From Lama glama (lineage: Eukaryota), in contig CM052817.1 of assembly GCA_028534125.1 (NCBI GenBank), forward strand, positions 10,294,001 through 10,358,000: a DNA stretch of 64,000 bases. Direction: 5' to 3'. Position 1 is the stretch's first letter. Each line of letters opens with the position of its first letter. The notes under the pieces were generated by a model, which ran no database searches, was not told where the DNA came from, and saw only the letters and a list, made by a program, of their open reading frames with translations. This document shows positions 50,399 through 62,106 of this stretch, piece after piece. A program made the position numbers and the translations under genes.

Positions 50399-51183
50399 AA
50401 CATTTCCCAAATTGTAGTAATTTAAGTATCACCCACTATAGCTAGTGGCAACTGCTAGCACAACTTTATTTAACATTTTTGTTTAAATCAATTTACTTTC
50501 TTTCTTTGCTACCTCCCTTAATATCATTAAAAACAAAAATATGTATAAAATCTCAAGTTTGATATACTAGTCATTTCTTCTAATCCATAGTAAAATAAAT
50601 GCTTAACTATTAAAAGTTAAAAATATAGTTTTCCATATACTACCATTGATGTGTGCTGTGTACTGTATCTGACACTGATAGTAGCCTGTGAAATAGCCCT
50701 TCTCCCCTGCTTAATTACTAACGAACACCAATTTGTTTGAGGCAACACTGGGCCAACTAAAAATGCTCTTCTTTCCATGGTCATTTGCAGACATTCCCTG
50801 GGTGCCCACGTGACTGGTTTTGACCAATGAAATGTAAATCCACTGGGTGGTAGTTTGGGGAAGCCAATTGTTTTCCTGATGGAAAAAGACAGATTAAGCC
50901 AGCAAATGCCTTTTGCTTTCTATTACCCTTCTCCCTTCCCTCTTCTTCTATTTTGGAGCATAAATTCAGTGCCTGGAACTGTAGCAGCCACTGTGAGCCT
51001 ATGAGGATGAAAGACGTATGCTAAGGATTGCAGATCCGGAAGCTGGAGGGAGCCTGGTCCTCGCTGCTTTTCTTTAGCAGGTAAGCTAAACCAGCTCTGT
51101 CTTCAATTAAGCTGTTATAAGTGAGTGTTTGTCAGATGCAGCCAAACACAATCCAATTGATACATATGTTGTGGAAAACCTGG
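50399..51183 (+). mobile_element. MER113A-like hAT-Charlie MITE interrupted by an MLT1
   Basis: CATTTCCCAAATTGTAGTAATTTAAGTATCACC...TTTAAATCAATTTACTTT...GTTTGATATACTAGT...TAAAATAAATGCTTAACTATTAAAA; terminal TTGTGGAAAACCTG after 51164. Confidence 0.6.
50676..51164 (+). mobile_element. old MaLR LTR (MLT1J-like)
   Basis: CACGTGACTGGTTTTGACCAATGAAATGTAA...GTAGCAGCCA...ATGCTAAGGAT...GGAGCCTGG...TGCAGCCAAACACAATCCAATTGATACA. Confidence 0.7.
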
Positions 51184-51524
51184 GCTAGAGCTGTTACAGG
51201 CTGAGAGGGCAGAGGTGGTGGCAGACAAGGGCCACATCACTTAGCATCTTGCAAAGTGGGCAGACAAGTGGGTTTTATTCCACGGATGGTAGAGTGGAAC
51301 AGCCTGGAAGCCACAGCTTTTAGGATCTGGTGCCCACTTCTGCTCCTCTGGGTTGTTTCTAGTTTGACCACCGGGAATATGTTTAGCCCTTTTCTCACTG
51401 ACATGGATCTCATACAAGAGCCAAATGATCTTATTTCTGGACCCAATTACATTAACCATGAGCTGGGAAAATCACAATAGGTCTGGACTTCATTTTGTTT
51501 CACTGTAAAATGCCACAGAAGCCC

Positions 51525-51957
51525 ATAAAAGTTCTTGAGGCTGCCATATCAGAAAACAGCAAACTGGAGGGCTAAGGCAATGGAAATTCATTGTCTCCCA
51601 GTCTGGAAGCTACAAGTCTGAGATCAAGGTATTGGCCAGGGTACTTCCTTCCAAGAGCTGTGAGGGAGACATTGCTCCAGGCCTCCCTCCCAGCTTCTGG
51701 TGGCCCCAGGCCTTCCTCGGCTTGTAGGCGGTGTTCTCCCTGTGTCTTCACATCATCTTCCTTCTGTATGTGTCTGTCTCTGTGTCCAAATTTCCCCTTT
51801 TCATAAGGACACAGTCATATTGGATTGGAGTCCATCCTTGATCTCATCTTAACTGGATCATCTGCAAAAATGCTTTTCCAAATGAAGTCACATTTACAGG
51901 TACTAGGGTTCCGGTCTTTAACATCCTTTTGGAGGACACAATTCAATCCATCACAAT
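51525..51957 (-). mobile_element. MaLR solo LTR, MLT1B/C-like
   Basis: AAGTCTGAGATCAAGGT...CCAGCTTCTGGTGGCCCCAGG...TGTGTCCAAATTTCCCCTTTTCATAAGGACAC...GGAGGACACAATTCAATCCATCACA. Confidence 0.88.
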
Positions 51958-53256
51958 GCCTTCTCTTAGAGTTGTTCTATCACATGTCATGCATTGGTGT
52001 AGATTGGAAAACCAAGGGCTGTGGGAAGAATTGCAAGGCGTGTATGCTGGTACAAAGGTAGAAGGAAACACAACAGCTTAAAGAAGCAAAATAACAAAGG
52101 AGGAGCACTGGGCTATGAGCCAAGATGCTGTCACTTACTAGCCTGTGTCTGGGTGAGCCACTTCCTTGCTTTCATCTCACTTTCCATGACCGTATAATAA
52201 AATAAACAATCTCAACTGGTCCTCCTCTGCCTAGCTTTTTGATGTTGTTGGATGTTCTGAGCCCACCCTTGAAACTTGCATTGAAACCTTTCCTGCCCCA
52301 AGACTTTATGACCCTTAAGCCATGACCTTGCCCAGATGGGCTCTGTGTACCACATCTGAGTATTAAAGAGTGCAACGGTGGTAATGAAAGTAACAAGCTT
52401 ATAACAATAATAAAGCCAATTAGACCACTCTTAGAAAGGTCTGAGATATTATTTATCTAGCTGATGAGAGGATTAGCTTGAGCTGAGTAGGTTTCTGTGG
52501 AGCACAGCAGTTGATTAACTTGGATGCTGGGGGATTTGGAGCAGCATGAACTCTGTTGTGGGAAAAATTTTGAGTAAACAAGTGATGAAAACACAGGACA
52601 AGCAATTCCTTCCATTATTCCCAGAAAGAGGCATCTTACTTCTTGTTCAGCTTCTTTAATTGCTTTATGAAAATTTTTTTTCCCCAAAGTAAAATATTTT
52701 AAATATTGCCTGGATTTTAAATTGGTCAAGGAGATCAGCACAAACTGACCCAGAGCAAATTTCCAAAGAGCCAATCGCAAAGTATATTACACATAGCCTC
52801 AACTGGCTGCATGGAACGGATTTTACTTCCAAGATGAGAGTTTCATTTTAGTCCATTTCACCCATGCTTGGAAAGGGAGGAGTTTTGCTATGAAATTAAC
52901 TGAGCACCAGTTCTTATTCTGCCTTTGCTTTTCTAATTAAGGATTCAAGTTTGTGGCTGCCCTTTCAGCCAGGTTCACTCTGAACTGGCAGACTCGACTC
53001 TTTGGAAATAGAAGTTGGGCTTTGGAGTTCAGCAGTCCTTGGTTCAAGTCCAGGTTCCACCACTTAGAAGTGCTTTGACTTTTGGTACTTCTTCTCTGGG
53101 ATTCAACTGTAAGATGTGGGCAATAAAATAAAATAGCAAGTTCAAGTTGACCTGTGGAGTATGTGTCCAGTAAATTTTTTGTATCTTTCCATTTATTGTA
53201 TCTTCCTCCCAGGATTCTGCTGCACCAGATACAACTTTGAACCTGCTACATTTAGT

Positions 53257-53271
53257 CATCTATCTGGTCTA

Positions 53272-53310
<39 letters not shown>

Positions 53311-53395
53311 TATCTATCTATCACCATCCATCTATCCGCTCATTCAGCCAGCCATCCTTCCATCCATCCATCCATCCATCCATCCATCCATCCAT
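53257..53395. repeat. compound microsatellite (TCTA)n-(TC)n-(TCCA)n
   Basis: TCTATC...TCTCTCTCTC...TCCATCCATCCATCC. Confidence 0.92.
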
Positions 53396-53789
53396 ATTTT
53401 GACCATCTTTCCTTTCCTTATTCTACCACCCCAAAATTACTCTCTCTCTATTCTGTCCCCAAAGCCCCCTGGACATCTGAAATTTATCAGATAAACCTGT
53501 TCATGGAAAAGTTTATAGACTTAGACAATAAGACATTTTAAATCTGGAAAGATCTTGGGGATTTTAGTTCACATCTCTTAATTTACTTATGAAGAGGTGT
53601 TGAGTAACGTGGGTGATGCTTCATAGTTTAGTGGGAGCACCTCGTTAATTTGTATAGGTCCCCTTGGCCTTGAATATAGTGAAGCTAAACAGATAAAATA
53701 TTTTCCCACACTTGTGTTTTACCACGAGGAAAGATAATGATGATAATGATGGTGGTGGTAAAGATGATGCTACTAATATGCACTTTTTA

Positions 53790-53990
53790 GCTCTTATCTC
53801 ATACCTAATACTATACATCATGTACCGTCTTCTCCACAAAACCCTTTGAGGCATAAATTGCAATTTTATAGATGAGGAAACTGAGACTTAGAGAGGCTAA
53901 GTAATTTGCCTAAGGCAACACAGCTGGTGAGTGGAAGAGCCAAGATTTGAACACTGCTTCAATTCAAATTCATATTCTTAATCTCTACCT
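53790..53990 (-). mobile_element. MIR SINE
   Basis: ATTTTATAGATGAGGAAACTGAGACTTAGAGAGGCTAAGTAATTTGCCTAAGGCAACACAGCTGGTGAGTGG...GATTTGAA. Confidence 0.85.
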
Positions 53991-54039
53991 CCTGGTCAAA
54001 TCAGGCCAGAAAGTGATGTTGCTGCTGCCAATACCACTA

Positions 54040-54278
54040 ATTGTTAATTGAGCATTGACTATATGCCAAGCACAGTGTCCTGCAGTGCGCATGCTCCAGC
54101 ACATTTAAGTCTCACACCACCCCAATGAGGTCGGCACCATTACTCTCCCTGATGTTTAGATGTGACTGCCAAGGCACAGAAAAGAAATTAAGGGACTTGT
54201 TCTACTGCTAGCAAGTGGTAGACCAGAACTCCAACCCAGGCACTCTGGTTTCAGAGTCTTCACTCGGAACTACTGCAC
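54040..54278 (-). mobile_element. MIR SINE
   Basis: ATTGAGCATTGACTATATGCCAAGCAC...CATTTAAGTCTCACACCACCC...AACCCAGGCACTCTGG. Confidence 0.7.
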
Positions 54279-54864
54279 AGGGGCAACTTAGTTTACAAAG
54301 GCCAGGAGTCTTGCAGGCTGGGCTGTGGAGTGAGAAGCAAGGCTGTGGGGTAGTTCCCACAGGAAAGCGACAGACATGCACCTGTCTGGCTAATGAGATA
54401 ATGCATGCACAGGTACTGTGTAAAGTCTAAAACATAACCATAGCTACCGTTCTTCATCTGCAGCCTCACCTATGGTGTGATCAGCCACCAGGCTGGTCAT
54501 CAGTCAGGAGTCCCTGGCTGTCCCTGGGATGCATAACCCAGCCTCTGAGAGCTCATTACCTGAACAGTCTGGAACTGGGACTGCAGGCCCAGATGCCCAC
54601 CCAGAGGGCCCAGGGGAACAGTGTGACCGCATGAAGATGCTGGGGAAGGAACATAGCTATTAGTTCTTTCATTTATTTTCCAACTTTTGGAAGAGAGAGT
54701 ATTGGAAACATCGTTTTCTTCATAATTCTACCTATAGTGGAGTGATAAATAATACCCACTTGCAATTCAGTCTCAGAACTGGGGAGAAGTGGGACCTGGG
54801 ATGAAAGGACGAGTTCTGGACCCACCAGAAGGGCACCTGCTACTCAGCAATCATTGGTTCAAGT

Positions 54865-55754
54865 ACCGGATTGGTCAGGATCTCTCAGGAAAATGGAAAC
54901 ACATCATCATTTTAATGTAGAGAATTATAAGAAAGGCTGAAACAGAGTCTAGGGGACTGAAAAAGCCAAAGGAGAACAATGCTGAGCTAGCAGCTTCAGG
55001 AGGCCTCCCCACTGTAGCCCTGGGACAGCGGGGTTCTTAGGGCCTCGGGCTGCAGCATCCAGCGTGGTGGCCACTGGCTAAGTGGGCTGTTGAGCACTTG
55101 GAGTGTATCCCATCTGAACTGTGAAATGCTCTACATGTGAAATACACACTGCATTTCAAAGACTTGGTGTGTGGAAAAGGACATGAATCATCTCATTAAT
55201 GCTGTTTTAATATTGATTATTGGGATAATACTCTGGATAAACTGATATGAGGAAAACTGATGACTAACATTAATTTCTCCTGTTTCTTTTGATCATTTTA
55301 AAATTAGTGGCTAGAACAATTTTCAATGACACGTGTGACTTGCATTTGTGGCTCTCATCATCCTTCGGCTGGGCGGCACACACCTGGAAGCTAGGAGCAG
55401 GGGCCCCATGGAGTTGGGACCCAGACCTCCAAGGGATGTGGGCTGGCTGGTGCTTGAGTCTCAGTGAGGGGTACAACTACCCTGGTTGTAGAGGGTGGAG
55501 AAAAACACAGGTTGGACCCACCTGCCCAGCCAGGGTTAAAAACTGTTGCTGAGGTGACAATGACAGGAAGAGGAAAGACCCAGGAAGGTATGTGTCCAGC
55601 CTTCTGGACTCTCTCTAACATCTGTTACTGGCAGAGCCTAACAGGGAACCAGCTGGCAAAAGACAAATGTTTGCAGAGTCCCAGCGCCAGCATCATGGAC
55701 CAGACTGTGACTGGATGGGCTTGGAGTGGAGTGCTCTCGTTAATAACCAGCACA
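54865..55754 (-). mobile_element. ERVL solo LTR, LTR41-like, interrupted by MER33
   Basis: right end TGGCAGAGCCTAACAGGGAACCAGCTGGCAAA...TTTGCAGAGTCCCAGCGCCAGCATCA...TTAATAACCAGCACA resembles the reverse complement of the LTR41 5' end. Confidence 0.6.
55050..55380 (-). mobile_element. MER33 MITE
   Basis: GGTGGCCACTGGC...GGCTGTTGAGCACTTG...AAATACACACTGCATTTCAAAGACTTGGT...ATTAATTTCTCCTGTTTCTTTT...GTGGCTAGAACAATT. Confidence 0.8.
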
Positions 55755-57324
55755 CCTGGCATTGTAAGAGCCTCTTATTTTTCAAGAGAAGCAAAAACTC
55801 TAGATTTATTTTAATGAAAAAATTTCCTAGTTCTAAATGCTGTTGACTGATGAAAGATTTTCCCAAACATAATGCATCCAAATGAAGTCTATCTCCAGGT
55901 CACATTGAGTTGGGAAATGATCTGGGGACCACGGTTTAGATGTCCTGAGACACTTGCCAGCTCTGACAGTCTGTGGTTCAGTGAGCATTTAACTGTGTGT
56001 AGTAAAAATAATCAAAGTTCCCTGGAGAGAGACCACTGTGGGTTGTGGTCCAGAAAGACTTCCTGGGGGAGTGGAGGGCTAGACTGAGGCCTTGGACAGC
56101 CTTTCTTGTGAAAAGCCCCTCCCACCATGTCCTTGGTTAATTATCTGCAGCTTTTTCATCTGCTTGTCCCTGTGGAACAGCAAATACTGACCCCAGCATT
56201 GTTTGTACCAGAGGGTGAGATGTACCTGGCCCATGAGCTGAACTCTTGATCAGGGCCCAAACAAGAGGGTCCACTGACAACTTTTCCCAGAATGCCTCAG
56301 AGCCTAGTAATGAGTTTCAGAAGGGGAAGCGGACGCGGTGTTAGGGGGCGGGTGCATCTTGAAACTGCTTAGAAATTGTGGCTCTTGAGATTTTTTTGTT
56401 GTTCCTATCAATAAGGGTGAATCTCAAATATAGTAATGTTTCCATTTCCAACTGTTTGTTTACTGATAAGGGAAGAATAATAAATCTTTCAGAAATTAAA
56501 ACGCTAATGCTCATCTTAAAAGTTTAATAAAGAAGACCCACTAAGTGTGCTTATGCAAATCTAATACAGAGTGATAATTAGCATTTTAAAATTCTGAAAA
56601 TTACAGCCTGGACGGCAGTGTTGTCCAGGCCAAGTCTTTCTCTAAGGAAAAACGATCACAGGAGGGAATTGTTGCAGAGTTCCACTTTAGGATCCACTCA
56701 CTCCTGGTTTGGGTTCCCGCATCTTGCAGGAGCCTAGCTTTCCTGGAAGTTCAGTCCAGCCATCTCCCACTGAAGGCTCTGCAGCCCCTAAAGGCTTGGA
56801 CCTTGTCACACTTCTGTGTGTGATTTAGTTTGTCCGCTTTGTCTGTGCAGCCAGCTGGCAGCTCCATTTGCGTCTGGTTGGATAAGCTGATGGTAGACGC
56901 TGTAAAGATTCTGCATCCCCTTAACTGTTCTCAGAAAAGTGCTTCTGAACATTTCTCTTTGGAATAAACTGCCAAGGCTCGTGATTTGGACATGGAGGCC
57001 AGTCCATTGCCTGAGCTCCAACTACGGACAATGTGTGAACACATAAGCAAAAGGTGACTGACCCTACAGATTGGCTGTGGGCTGGCCAGCTGCCTCCTGG
57101 GTGACCTGGGGTGAACTCTAGCTAACAGGGTTCTCCATGCTGAATGGAGGCAATGTCAACCAGTGATTCCTAAGTTGGTAGAAATATAAATTCAAAATGA
57201 ATAAGAGAAGATACTTCATTCAAAATTTCTTTCTGAAGCAATGATGAGTCTCTTTTTTGGTTTCCTGTTGACTCTGTTGCAGATTCTAGTGTTAATCTTG
57301 CTAGAACTCAGTTGTATGGTTGAC

Positions 57325-57622
57325 TCATTCTTTCATTCGTGTATTCATTAAAATGTCTAATGTGGACAATCACTCTGCTAGACCCTGAGCATGTGACCAA
57401 CCATGAAATGGTCTTTACCACCACAGAGCACACACCCTACCAGATGGGGAGGGAGAGGTAGAGACAACTACAGAGGAGACTTACGTTCTGGGATGGAGGT
57501 GAGTGCTGAGTGATGTGAAAGAACAGAGAAAGGGCAACAAAACTGGTCTGGAGGTGTCAGGGAAGCTTCTGGACAAAGCGTGATGTAAACCAAGAACTGA
57601 GCAATATATATTAGTTAGGGGT
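57325..57622 (-). mobile_element. LINE-2 3' end
   Basis: CATTCTTTCATTC...CACTCTGCTAGACCCTG...GGTGTCAGGGAAGCTTC. Confidence 0.6.
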
Positions 57623-58976
57623 GTGAAGGCAGGACTCTATGATACTCCAAGTTTCTGGAAACCTCTCTTTCCAAAGGTCTCTTGTGCATGATCTTGAGTC
57701 TCTGAGGAATCTTGCCCTTATGGACCAGTTCAGAGTTTGGAGCCTAGTGGCCTTAGGAAATAAATCCTTGACCTAGAGAAACCCTAAGTTTCCCACCCTG
57801 CCTCCAGCCCATGTATTAGATGTGAGCATCCCTGGGCCGTCACCTTGGAGAAGTCAGAGAGAGACAGTGGGTCACCTGGGCTCCTTACTGCCCTGTGTGC
57901 CTAGAAGTTCTGGGCAGGACCAGATCCTAGAGTAAAGAAAGGAAAGTGGCATGTCCCCAGAAGTTTAATGCTCTCTTTCCAAATTAACTTTGTCTTCACT
58001 AACAATGCACTTTGGTCCAAGATGAACCACAATCTCAATTCTATTCAATTCCTGCTCTTACATCAAGGCTTAATTCAAAACCCACATCTTCTCCAGGTAG
58101 AATAAATACCTCTTTCCTCTTGTATTTCCATAGCACACCTTCTCCATTCTCAAAAATCATAACCTTCACCTGCCTTCTGTTGAGGGGTAAGTGGGGGTGG
58201 CTTACAAATGCACCTGAAACCCTGAGAAGATAGAGCACTCCTGGAAGGCAAGACCTATTTTTTCCAAGGATTTGCACATCATAAGAATTTCAAAAATAAT
58301 ATTTGAAATGATGAGTTGGATTTGACTTAAAACACCATCATCATCTTCTTGACAGATTATTTAGCTTAGGAGAGGTTTTCATGCCTCCTGGTATTTGGTT
58401 AGGAAGGGATCCACAGAGGAAGAAAATGTTGGATATAATTTGAAATTTTAAGGGTTCAACACACTTTGCCCCCAAAACACCTGTTACAAAGAATCTAGAT
58501 TTTGGAGAATTAAACTTTGTCTGTTCTGGGACCTGTTTCCTGCTGTGATGCTATCACAAGGGCTACTTTCCTATGTCAGTGTGTTAGGTGACTTTCATAG
58601 GAAGAGAGCAAGGGCTCTTACAGTGGAGCCTGGAGAGGAGTCTGTAGTCAGCAAATGGCAGTTCTTACTCTTATCTCACAAATCTGAAGAACTGGAACCT
58701 CACAGGTGAACTCAAATGGCAGCTATGACATGGTTTTTGGATTCTCTCCTTTTCTATCCTTCCCCCAAAACATGACCTTCCAAACTTCACCATTAGTAGT
58801 TAATTCCTTCGTAACCAATGCAGTCCTGTATCAAAAGACAGATTCCCACTTCTGTGGGGAGTAATCATCCAATCCTGTGAAGGAATCTCAAAATCATTTT
58901 GGTTGTTGTTATCAGCATGAAGGCATTGGTCTTGAAGGACATAGAAGGGGTGCACTGCTTTGAAAAGGCAGTTCAA

Positions 58977-59069
58977 GGGGGAGGGTATAGCTTAGTGGTA
59001 GAGTGCATGCTTAGCATGCACTAGGACCTGGGTTTAATCCCCAGTATCTCCATTAGTAAATAAACAAAC
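58977..59069 (+). mobile_element. camelid tRNA-derived SINE (tail truncated, joined to L1)
   Basis: GGGGGAGGGTATAGCTTAGTGGTAGAGTGCATGCTTAGCATGCACTAGGACCTGGGTTTAATCCCCAG. Confidence 0.9.
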
Positions 59070-59648
59070 TTTTGGTCAACTAATCTTTGACAAAAGAGGC
59101 AAGAATATACAATGGAATAAAGACAGTCTCTTCAGCAAATGCTTTTGGGAAAACTGGACAGCAGCATGCAAATCAATGAAGCTAGAATGATCCCTTACAC
59201 CATACACAAAAATAAACTCAAAATGGATCAAAGACTTAAACATAAGACAAGATACAATAAACCTCCTAGAAGAAAATATAGGATAAACATTATCTCACAT
59301 ACATCTCAAAAATGTTCTCCTAGGGCAGTCTATCCAAGCAATAGAAATAAAAGCAAGAATAAACAAATGGGACCTAATGAAACTTACAAGCTTCTTCACA
59401 GCAAAGGGAACCATAAGTAAAACAAATTGACAACCTACGGAATGGGAGAAAATTTTTGCCAATGATGAAACCGACAAAGGCTTGATCTCCAGAATATATA
59501 AGCAGCTCATACAACTTCATAAGAAAAAAACAAACAACCCCATCCAAAAATGGGCAGAAGACCTAAACAAGCAATTCTCAAAGGAAGACATACAAATGGT
59601 CAATAGGCACATGAAAAAATGCTCAATATCACTAATTATCAGAGAAAT
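59070..59648 (+). mobile_element. young LINE-1 ORF2 C-terminal fragment (pseudogenised)
   Basis: FGQLIFDKRGKNIQWNKDSLFSK...[15 protein letters not shown]...[11 protein letters not shown]...ISRIYKQL...[32 protein letters not shown], with in-frame stops. Confidence 0.95.
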
Positions 59649-60148
59649 NNNNNNNNNNNNNNNNNNNNNNNNNNNNNNNNNNNNNNNNNNNNNNNNNNNN
59701 NNNNNNNNNNNNNNNNNNNNNNNNNNNNNNNNNNNNNNNNNNNNNNNNNNNNNNNNNNNNNNNNNNNNNNNNNNNNNNNNNNNNNNNNNNNNNNNNNNNN
59801 NNNNNNNNNNNNNNNNNNNNNNNNNNNNNNNNNNNNNNNNNNNNNNNNNNNNNNNNNNNNNNNNNNNNNNNNNNNNNNNNNNNNNNNNNNNNNNNNNNNN
59901 NNNNNNNNNNNNNNNNNNNNNNNNNNNNNNNNNNNNNNNNNNNNNNNNNNNNNNNNNNNNNNNNNNNNNNNNNNNNNNNNNNNNNNNNNNNNNNNNNNNN
60001 NNNNNNNNNNNNNNNNNNNNNNNNNNNNNNNNNNNNNNNNNNNNNNNNNNNNNNNNNNNNNNNNNNNNNNNNNNNNNNNNNNNNNNNNNNNNNNNNNNNN
60101 NNNNNNNNNNNNNNNNNNNNNNNNNNNNNNNNNNNNNNNNNNNNNNNN
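59649..60148. other. assembly gap (500 N)
   Basis: run of N. Confidence 0.99.
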
Positions 60149-60741
60149 CTCTTGCCTGATTGCTGTGGCTAGGAATTCCAAGAGTATTTGAATAGAAGTG
60201 GTGAGAGTGGGCAGCCTTGTCTTGTCCGAGCTTTTGAGTTTTTCACCATTGAGTACTATGCTGGCTGTAGGTTTGTTATATATAGTTTTTATTATGTTGA
60301 GATATGTTCCCTCTATACCCACTTTGGTGAGAGTTTTTAATCATAAATGGGTGTTGAATTTTATCAGATGCTTTTTCTGCATCTATTGAGTCAATCATGT
60401 GGTTTTGTCCTTTCTCTTGTTGATGTTATGTATTACATTGATTGATTTGAGTATGTTGAACTACCCTTGTGTCCGTGGGATGAACCCCACTTGATCATGA
60501 TGTATATAATCTTTTTTATATGCTGTTGGATTCTATTTGCTAGTATTTTGGTGAGGATTTTGGCATGTATGTTCATCAGTGTTATTGGTCTGTAATTCTC
60601 TTTTTTTGCAGTGTCTTTGCCTGGTTTTGGTATCAGGGTGATGGTGGCTTCATAGAATGAGTTTGCAAGTATTCCCTCATTTTCAATCATCTGGAAGAGT
60701 TTGAGAAGGACTGGTATGAGTTCTTCTTTGTATGTTTGGTA
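60149..60741 (-). mobile_element. young LINE-1 ORF2 reverse-transcriptase-region fragment
   Basis: [85 protein letters not shown]; frameshift and small deletion. Confidence 0.95.
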
Positions 60742-60904
60742 TGTGTTTCACTTTTTAACAGGGGACTTTAAACCAGTTAAGCTTATTACTGTAGCTCTTA
60801 CTTTGACCTTATTTCTATTATATTGTAGTTTCTCACTTTTATATGTTCTTGAGTCTTACTTTGTCTTTACTACAAAAAAATATTAGTACAAATTATTCTT
60901 AATG

Positions 60905-61125
60905 TTAATTGATGTCTTACCATGTGCCAGATGGTTTACATATAATATTGACTTCAATTTGCAACACAACCTTTTGAGTAGGCACTATCTACATGTTCAT
61001 TTTACAGATAAGGCAACAGGAAATCAGAGGAGTTAAGGAACTTGCTAAGGTCACCCAACCAGCAGGTGTCAAAGTCAGAGTGTGCACCTGCGTCTGACTC
61101 TCCAGAGTTCAGATGCTTCCCCACG
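60905..61125 (-). mobile_element. MIR SINE
   Basis: TACCATGTGCCAG...CATTTTACAGATAAGG...GTTAAGGAACTTGCTAAGGTCAC...GTCTGACTC. Confidence 0.75.
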
Positions 61126-62106
61126 ATTACATATTCCATTCCAAATATGTCTACTAAAAAATTCATTTCTAGTTTTGGTGTTTAGAGAAGAGAGGCGGTT
61201 TTTTTAGCTCACAATTTTAGTAATGTATTCTTTTTTCTTCTAGTGCTTTTGCTTTTTAGTTTAAGATCTTGAATTCTTCTGAAAATTTTATATGCAGACT
61301 AAAGTAAAGATGTGAGACAATCATGTCAAAAATTATAGCCAATTGTTTAAATATTATTTAATTTCATTCTTTCCTCATGGATATACAATATCGTAAATGG
61401 GATATATGCGTCGGTGTGTTTCTGACACTTTCTTCTGGTTTGTCTGCCCTCGGGCCAGTGCCACACCATTTCACACTCTGCTTTGCTGTCTCTTGGGATC
61501 AGGTTCCCCTCATAATTCTTCATTTCCAAAAAATGTCCTGGGCTGTGACTCCCAGAATTTGTTTTTTGATGGCAGTAACATCTGTTGTCCTGTTTTAAGG
61601 GCAGCAGCTAGAAGCTATTTTAAGCTCGGAGTTATTTTAAACCAGAAGTTATCTGTAAACCTCTTTCCGAGGAATATGAAACAATATTTCACCTGGATGT
61701 TTAAAATGGGGGGTCAACTTTATGCACATATTTGAAAGAAAGGAGGGAATGAAGGATTTCTGGACTCAGTGACTATCAAGATTAAATGTGCTAATGTAAA
61801 CAATGTGCTCTCTTTTAGGAACTACTGTGTCCTGCCATGAAAAAATACAGTACAGACTAGGGATTCTGTAACCTCCTTATCCAAGTTCTGCAGTGAGAGG
61901 TAAGCAACACTCTGATGCTTTTGGGTGCTAGTAGAAGGGCAGACCCTGAGGCTGAGTTAAAGTGCCCACCCTGGAGATTCCTCTCCTCACTCCAGACAAC
62001 AACGTTAATTATTTGTAAAGAATCTAACAAGGTACCCTTGGCAAATACAAACTCCCAAAACCCTTCCACAGAGGTAATTGGACAGAAGGACAAATTAGCC
62101 CAGATG

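Noticed and set aside
14055..51957. Excess of minus-strand MLT1 LTRs as evidence for a + strand host gene
   Set aside because: Other LTRs (MER41-, LTR16-, LTR33-, MER68-like and two MLT1) and most young L1 ends are on +, so there is no consistent orientation bias and the numbers are small.
59482..60322. Long ORFs of 190-227 aa
   Set aside because: Artefacts of translating through 500 N; the real residues are L1 ORF2 with stops and frameshifts.
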